From NCBI RefSeq assembly GCF_004010195.1, contig NC_057720.1, forward strand, positions 4,449,800 to 4,472,192: a DNA stretch of 22,393 nt, written 5' to 3'. This document shows, piece after piece, positions 18,601 through 22,393 of the stretch. Every line of letters starts with the position of its first letter. The stretch's first letter is position 1. A program made the translations under genes and the position numbers. The DNA comes from Chiloscyllium plagiosum (lineage: Eukaryota). Below the pieces are notes generated by a model that searched no databases, was not told the DNA's origin, and was given only the letters and a program-made list of their open reading frames with translations.

Positions 18601-20660
18601 CCAAACTAATTACCATTTTTGCAAGGTTAACAAGTACATTGTACATATAATGCTCACTCTCATTTTCTTTCTCTGTGCAGGAAATCATTAAGCTTCCACA
18701 AATTACACAGCATCGCCTTTCTCGCAAACTTGTACTCCTTGCCTATGGTTCCATGGTTTTCAGGCAATGTGCAGAGAAATCAACATGCCCCATTGATTTA
18801 TTAAAAGTAAGCTAGGTTTAACTCATTGATTTGCCTTACACATTTTGCTGTGATTGTGAGCCTTCTGAATGTTTCCTAACTGGGACCTGTTTTTACAGCC
18901 TATCCATGATTTGCTCATTGATGCCAGCAGTCGGCCACTTGATGAGGACATTGTTCTTGGCCTCAAGGCAATCGGCAATGCAGGGCAGCCAGAAAGCATC
19001 AAGAACATTGTGAAACTATTACCTGGGCTTGGCACAGCGGCTACCAATCTCCCACTGAAAGTCAGAGTTGACGCTATCCTGGCTTTGCGCAACATTGCAA
19101 GGAAAGACCCACGCTCTGTACGTGAACCTGATTTGTATTCTATTACTTTTGATGAAATTGACTTCTGTCTCAATTTATTTCTGAACTTGATGACATTCAA
19201 CACGTTAAATCATTCTTTGCTCTTTCATGATGTGGCCATCGCTGGTGATGCCATCCCTAACTGCCCTTGAACTGGGTGCCTTGCTCGGCCATTGTAGAGG
19301 GCAGTTAGGAGTCAACTCACTGTACAGGTTAGCCAATAGATTTCCTTCCTTCGCCAAAAGTACATTTGTGAACCTGATATGTGACAGTGGTTTTATGGTC
19401 ACCATTACTGAGACTAGCTTTTAAATCCAGATTTTTATTCAAACTGAACTTAAACTCTATGGGTGGAATTTTAATCTTGTCACCCAGATCATTATCCTGT
19501 GCTTCTGGATTGCCAGTCTGGTAACATTCCTATTACACTGACAGCTCTCAATAAAAATAGGTGATTTTGGATAAAAATGACCACAACAAGGGGCACGAAA
19601 ATTAAGGTTTGCCCCAACAGTCACTCATTACTCAAACCAGCCCATTTTCAATTCCACTGAATTCAGTAGCTTGATTATCTAGCCCAGTTTCAATGTCAGC
19701 TCCATGCAGTGCTACTGTTTTGTTTTATTATCTCCAAGGTGCAACGTATCGCTGTCCAGATATTCCTCAATCGGAAGAATGATCCTGAAGAAAGAATCAT
19801 GGCTTGTGCAGTACTCTTTAGCACCAAACCGCCTTTGACTTTAGCATCCATTGTGGCAAACTCACTGCTAAGTGAGACCAGTTTGCAGGTGGCAAGTTTT
19901 ACCTACTCACACATGAGAGCTCTGTCCAGAAGTTCCCTTCCATCCATCAATTCACTGTAAGTAAACTGACCTCCTAAACCAGGGTAGTGTTGCAGCTTAT
20001 TCAGCATTAAGTCCTGATGTTTGTTAAACGTTGCTACTCTTGTCATCCACAGGGCTGCTTCCTGCAATCTAGTCTTGAAAGTCTTAAGTCCCAAACTCGA
20101 ACAACTTGGTTCCCGATTCAGCAAGGTCTACAGGGGTGACACATTCATGTGTAAGTATATTGGGTCTATTGCCTGGAGCAATGTTCATTAGGATATCTTA
20201 AATAGCCCTCTGAATTTATTGTCTTCAACATTGTGCTACCTTAAAATAGAAACAATCTCTATTTTGTAAAGCTTGTAGAATGATCCATGAACTATCCAGG
20301 TTAGCTAAAGACCATGAATGAGCCACAGATCAGCATGATCAGACTGAATGGTGGAGCAGTCTAGAGGGACTGAATGGCCTAGTATTCCTTGTGGTCTTGT
20401 CAACTGTATTCAAGTGTTTATTTTAAGCTACCAGGCAATCAGCATTGTTTAAATATGTCCAATAGCCAAGCACCGTTACATTTTTTACAAGGAAACATTG
20501 TAAAATTGTCTATTTTTTCTATTTTTGTGATGTAGACCGAATGATGGCAGGAGCATCTGCTAAGGTTCTTTTGATTAAGACTTCTGGTAGTGTCATTCCT
20601 AAAGCACTCTTGGCCAAAGTCAGAGGTCATGCTCTTGGAGCCTCATCAGATTTAATCGAG
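9563..20660 (+). CDS. vtg: Vitellogenin (VTG1-like; paralog not certain), coding exons 1-14, gene continues past the window
   Basis: Manual splicing of 14 exons (40+24+152+252+162+149+148+158+166+126+219+218+98+125 = 2037 nt, 679 codons, no stops, all GT-AG, phases consistent). The protein starts MKAIIFLLALAFAGSEHVNRYSPSF and has vitellogenin hallmarks NGIWPKDPF, PVKFEYSNGRVG, NIHRGILNILQITMKKSQNFYDLQEAGIEGIC, LKAIGNAG, ALRNIARKDPR and ETSLQVASFTYSHM. Confidence 0.97.
9717..9740 (+). CDS. vtg: Vitellogenin exon 2 (micro-exon, GSEHVNRY-S)
   Basis: Acceptor ttttcag|GA, donor A|gtatgt, phase 1-1, 24 nt; keeps the frame between exons 1 and 3. Confidence 0.88.
9839..9990 (+). CDS. vtg: Vitellogenin exon 3
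   Basis: tatgcag|GT...CAG|gtaagg; encodes PSFSVNKVHVYKYDGVILTGLPEKGLNRAGIRISSKVKVSGLGANQFLLQ. Confidence 0.96.
10452..10591 (-). mobile_element. Penelope-like mini-element (second family) in vtg intron 3
   Basis: Inverted segments at 10490-10506 and 10575-10591 (16/17 match); hammerhead motif; TSD TAACAACAC(T/A)CA at 10440-10451 and 10588-10599. Confidence 0.75.
10540..10574 (-). ncRNA. Minimal hammerhead ribozyme motif (cleavage triplet degenerate)
   Basis: Minus strand CAC-CUGAUGA-A-AGAGC-agc-GCUCU-GAAA-GC-CA-GUG: stem I CAC/GUG, 5-bp stem II, but C where U16.1 is required. Confidence 0.65.
10605..11040 (+). mobile_element. Non-LTR retrotransposon 3' part (RTE-X-like family, clade tentative)
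   Basis: Decayed ORF end VCTINKIHCRNSTMILRQHLLNSQLLPSRRTKATDTW; same family as 2068-2200, 14890-15250 and 16790-17100. Confidence 0.75.
11665..11916 (+). CDS. vtg: Vitellogenin exon 4
   Basis: tctcag|CTT...GAG|gtactt; LENPQLQELNGIWPKDPF...KFEYSNGRVG...KKSQNFYDLQE. Confidence 0.97.
11985..12425 (+). mobile_element. Degenerate CR1 fragment in intron 4
   Basis: TTGTATTCACTGGAGTTTAGAAAA...GGACCTGATTAAAATTTATAAAGTTCTAAC; ATTTAGGACTGAGATG...TTCTTCACACAGA. Confidence 0.85.
12466..12627 (+). CDS. vtg: Vitellogenin exon 5
   Basis: ttctag|GCT...CAG|gtacat; AGIEGICHARYIVQEDRRNERLIILKAKDLTNCQERILKQTGTVYTQLCPSCQQ. Confidence 0.97.
12708..12795. repeat. Compound TACA/CA simple repeat with a higher-order unit
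   Basis: Three occurrences of ATAGGAT(A/G)CACATACA separated by TACACAT-type runs. Confidence 0.9.
12944..13160 (+). mobile_element. tRNA-derived SINE, family unassigned
   Basis: A box TAGCTCAGTTGG, degenerate B box near 13010, body GGTGATCTTCAGGTTAAAC.CCCACCAGT and inverted CTCTCT/GAGAGAG. Confidence 0.7.
13373..13521 (+). CDS. vtg: Vitellogenin exon 6
   Basis: ttttcag|AGA...AG|gtaagg; RGKNIRASAATTIVLKPTPTGAIIHEARLREFHQFTPFHELDGTVHVEAR. Confidence 0.95.
13828..13975 (+). CDS. vtg: Vitellogenin exon 7
   Basis: aatgcag|G...CAG|gtgaac; QSLILEKIISQSMEQLPEMPKRGSLQYRSVNNVLQQPFQLLKETNLNKQ, containing the RGSLQY motif. Confidence 0.94.
14095..14385 (-). mobile_element. tRNA-derived SINE with RTE-X-like 3' tail
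   Basis: Minus strand head GTGGCATAGTGGTAATGTCACTG...GGGTTCAAATCCC (A and B boxes); tail AATTAGGGATGGGCAGTAAATGCTGG. Confidence 0.82.
14432..14889 (+). mobile_element. CR1 LINE, 5'-truncated, low divergence, spanning an assembly gap
   Basis: LRLYKALVKPHLEYCVQFWSPHLRKDILALERVQRRFT...LRGDLLETYKI; tail of TCTTATGG-like repeats. Confidence 0.95.
14719..14727. other. Assembly gap (N run)
   Basis: Nine N. The CR1 sequence jumps across it by much more than 9 bp compared with other CR1 copies here, so the true gap is probably larger. Confidence 0.95.
15331..15488 (+). CDS. vtg: Vitellogenin exon 8
   Basis: aaatag|GTG...AG|gtaaaa; VISILTHMAQHNVQEVQTDAPNRLIQLVQLLRSIPYRIFGEIWQSIEHQPEQR. Not in the ORF track. 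Confidence 0.93.
16092..16450 (-). mobile_element. CR1 LINE 3' end
   Basis: Reverse-complement match to 7650-8035; DLIEVYKIMR...FFTQRVVCIWNDLPE. Confidence 0.95.
16790..17100 (-). mobile_element. RTE-X-like LINE 3' end, degenerate
   Basis: CCTAATTGCC...AAGGTGGTGGAGAGCCACCTTCTT...GCATCTGCTGC, reverse of the 10730-11040 family. Confidence 0.7.
17386..17551 (+). CDS. vtg: Vitellogenin exon 9
   Basis: ctatag|G...ATG|gtgagt; HWFLEALPAVGRIESLKFLKSRIQ...LVLAMHQIRTDRDVLNLAM. Confidence 0.95.
17741..18500 (-). mobile_element. CR1 LINE 3' part
   Basis: GTCATTGAGATTTACAGCACAG tail; ACCACCCTCTGGGTGAAAAAG; GCAATACTCTAACTGTGGCCTA (reverse of RPQLEYC). Confidence 0.9.
18681..18806 (+). CDS. vtg: Vitellogenin exon 10
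   Basis: ctgtgcag|GAA...AAA|gtaagc; EIIKLPQITQHRLSRKLVLLAYGSMVFRQCAEKSTCPIDLLK. Confidence 0.96.
18899..19117 (+). CDS. vtg: Vitellogenin exon 11
   Basis: ttttacag|CCT...TCT|gtacgt; PIHDLLIDASSRPLDEDIVLGLKAIGNAGQPESIK...VRVDAILALRNIARKDPRS. Confidence 0.95.
19210..19545 (-). mobile_element. tRNA-derived SINE with RTE-X-like tail (same family as 14095-14385)
   Basis: CCATCCCTAACTGCCCTTGAACT tail, GATTTCCTTCC...GTGAACC body, TTCTGGATTG...GTAACATT head. Confidence 0.75.
19739..19956 (+). CDS. vtg: Vitellogenin exon 12
   Basis: tccaag|GTG...CT|gtaagt; VQRIAVQIFLNRKNDPEERIMACAVLFSTKPPL...ETSLQVASFTYSHMRALSRSSLPSINSL. Confidence 0.97.
20053..20150 (+). CDS. vtg: Vitellogenin exon 13
   Basis: ccacag|G...T|gtaagt; AASCNLVLKVLSPKLEQLGSRFSKVYRGDTFM. 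Confidence 0.95.
20290..20400 (+). mobile_element. CR1 3' end fragment
   Basis: CAGATCAGCATGATCAGACTGAATGGTGGAGCAGTCTAGAGGGACTGAATGGCCTA. Confidence 0.75.
20536..20660 (+). CDS. vtg: Vitellogenin exon 14
   Basis: tgtag|AC...GAG|gtaagg; YRMMAGASAKVLLIKTSGSVIPKALLAKVRGHALGASSDLIE. Confidence 0.95.
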
Positions 20661-20954
20661 GTAAGGTGCCAATTCCACTTGCCCAGCTGTGTATCTATTA
20701 ATGAGGATCTTCTGATGCATTGGTAGAATGTGACTGGAGGCCCAGGATTAAAGTCATAGCATTTCTGATCAGTTGATTAGAAAATATTTATGTATCTATT
20801 ATTCTAGCTTATTTTATAGATAGTTTTGTTTCTTACTATTTAATTCTTGTTGCATTGCTACAAAGTAGGGCCTCCCTCCCATCCTCCTCCTCTAACTTTA
20901 AAGTCCACAGGTAAGCTACTCAGTGTTCTTGTTTTGGAGACGAAGTGTAGAGAA

Positions 20955-21888
20955 ATGGCAGCGCAGGCAGTGGGATGTTCCTCCTGCAGGATGTTTGAGG
21001 TAGGGGTGACCACCGATGCTCCTGCCAACTTCATCTGCAGGAAATGCAGTCAGCTCCAGCTCTTCACAGAACGGGTTAGGGAACTGGAGCTGTAGTTGGA
21101 TGAACTGAGGATTATTCAAGAGGCTGAGAGGGTGATAGATAGAAGCTACAGGGACATAGTTACGCCAGAGAACAGAGGTAGCTGGGTAACAGTTAGAGGT
21201 GGGAAGGGGAGGAAGCAGGCAGTGCAGGGATCCCCTGTGGTTGTTCCCCTAAACAATAAGTATACCGCTTTGGATACTGTTGGGGGGGATGGCCTAGCAG
21301 GGGTAAGCTGCAGCGACTGGGTCTCTGGCATGAGGCCGGCTCTGAGGCTCAGAAGGGAAAGGGGGAGAGGAGGAGAGCGCTAGTTATAGGAAAATCTATA
21401 GTTAGAGGGACAGACAGGCGGTTCTGTGGACATGGGCGAGACTTTCGGATGGTTTGTTGCCTCCCGGGTGCCAGGGTCGGAGACGTCTCGGACCGTGGCT
21501 TCAGAATCCTTAAGGGGGGAGGGTGTGCAGCCAGAGGTCGTGATGCACATTGGCACCAATGACATAGGTAGGAAGAGGGGTTGGGGAGGTCATTCAGGAG
21601 CTCAGGGAGTTAGGCTGGAAGCTAAAAGCTAGGACGGACAGAGTCGTTATCTCTGGGTTGTTGCCGATGCCACATGACAGTGAGGCAAGAAATAGGGAGA
21701 GAGTGCAGTTGAACACGTGGCTGCAAAGATGGCGTAGGAGGGAGGGCTTCAGGTATTTGGACAATTGGACTGCATTCTGGGGAAGGTGGGACCTGTACAA
21801 GCAGGACGGGTTGCACCTGAACCAGAAGGGCACCAATATCCTGGGAGGTAGTTTTGCTAGCACTCTTCGGTGGGGGGGGTTAAACTAA
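20955..21888 (+). pseudogene. CR1 ORF1 (zinc finger/coiled coil plus SGNH esterase-like domain), disrupted
   Basis: MAAQAVGCSSCRM...ICRKCSQLQLFTERVRELEL*(TAG 21093-21095)LDELR...; LVIGKSIVR, CCLPGARV, VVMHIGTND and DGLHLN lie in shifting frames. Confidence 0.9.
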
Positions 21889-21928
21889 TTTGGCAGGGGA
21901 TGGGATCCAGACTTGTAGCCCAGCAAGT

Positions 21929-22393
21929 ATGTTAGCTGTTTGTCAGGATATCCAAGAAAGTAGGGAGGCTGTGGAGAAGGTAGCACTGACAGGGAATACT
22001 TGCGGACACAGAGATGGGTTCAAGTGCGTATACTTCAACGCAAGGAGTATCAGAAATAAGGTGGGTGAACTTAAGGCATGGATCGGTATCTGGGACTACG
22101 ATGTTGTGGCCATCACGGAAACGTGGATAGATGAGAGACAGGAATGGCTGTTGGAGGTTCCTGGTTACAGGTGTTTCAGTAAGATTAGGGAGGGTGGGAA
22201 AAAAGGAGGGGGGGTGGCATTGCTAATTAGAAATGCAGAAAGGAAGTTTGAGGGGGATCTGCCTCTGGAGGTAGTATGGGCTGAAGTCAGAAATAGGAAA
22301 GGTGCAGTCACCTTGTTGGGTGTTTACTATAGGCCCCCCAATAGCAGCAGAGATGTGGAGAAACAGATGGGGAAACAGATTGTGGAAAGGTGC
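21929..22393 (+). CDS. CR1 ORF2 N-terminal apurinic-like endonuclease domain (open to window end; start uncertain)
   Basis: KCVYFNARSIRNKVGELKAW...YDVVAITETW...GGGVALLI...LLGVYYRPPNS; no stop between 21929 and 22393. Confidence 0.88.
   Translation, partial: MLAVCQDIQESREAVEKVALTGNTCGHRDGFKCVYFNARSIRNKVGELKAWIGIWDYDVVAITETWIDERQEWLLEVPGYRCFSKIREGGKKGGGVALLIRNAERKFEGDLPLEVVWAEVRNRKGAVTLLGVYYRPPNSSRDVEKQMGKQIVERC

Larger units (their letters stand above)
20845..22393 (+). mobile_element. CR1 LINE retaining its 5' region (ORF1 and start of ORF2), in vtg intron 14, runs off the window
   Basis: ORF1 with CxxC...CxxC finger, coiled coil and SGNH/esterase motifs, followed by an APE endonuclease reading frame. 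Confidence 0.95.

Noticed and set aside
18823..19270. Overlapping ORFs of 126 aa (-) and 133 aa (+)
   Set aside because: Antisense shadow and intron read-through of vitellogenin exon 11.
21380..21863. Minus-strand ORFs
   Set aside because: Antisense frames of CR1 ORF1.

Overview
Eukaryotic (vertebrate) genomic DNA, very probably from a cartilaginous fish. The V-SINE/HE1-type SINEs, CR1 LINEs and Penelope-like elements are of the kinds seen in sharks; assignment to a carpet/bamboo shark is inference. The main feature is the 5' part of a vitellogenin gene on the + strand: 14 coding exons (9563-20660) splice through GT-AG junctions into 679 uninterrupted codons covering the signal peptide and lipovitellin-I N-terminal region, and the gene continues beyond the window. 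Upstream lie a TATA box, an HNF4/GATA-type module and three one-mismatch estrogen response elements: one about 330 bp upstream of the predicted start, one in a distal half-site cluster and one inside a CR1 fragment. The rest is a mosaic of decayed retroelements, including a CR1 that retains ORF1 and the start of ORF2 in intron 14. The most unusual structures are three short Penelope-like insertions. Each has inverted arms, minimal hammerhead-ribozyme motifs and a 12-15 bp target-site duplication overlapping a microhomology with the element end. There is also a 35-bp tail-only insertion. I see no convincing evidence for a wholly new biological system; the best leads are the Penelope insertion signature and the estrogen-responsive regulatory layout. 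All family names come from recognition, not database searches, and repeat boundaries are approximate.
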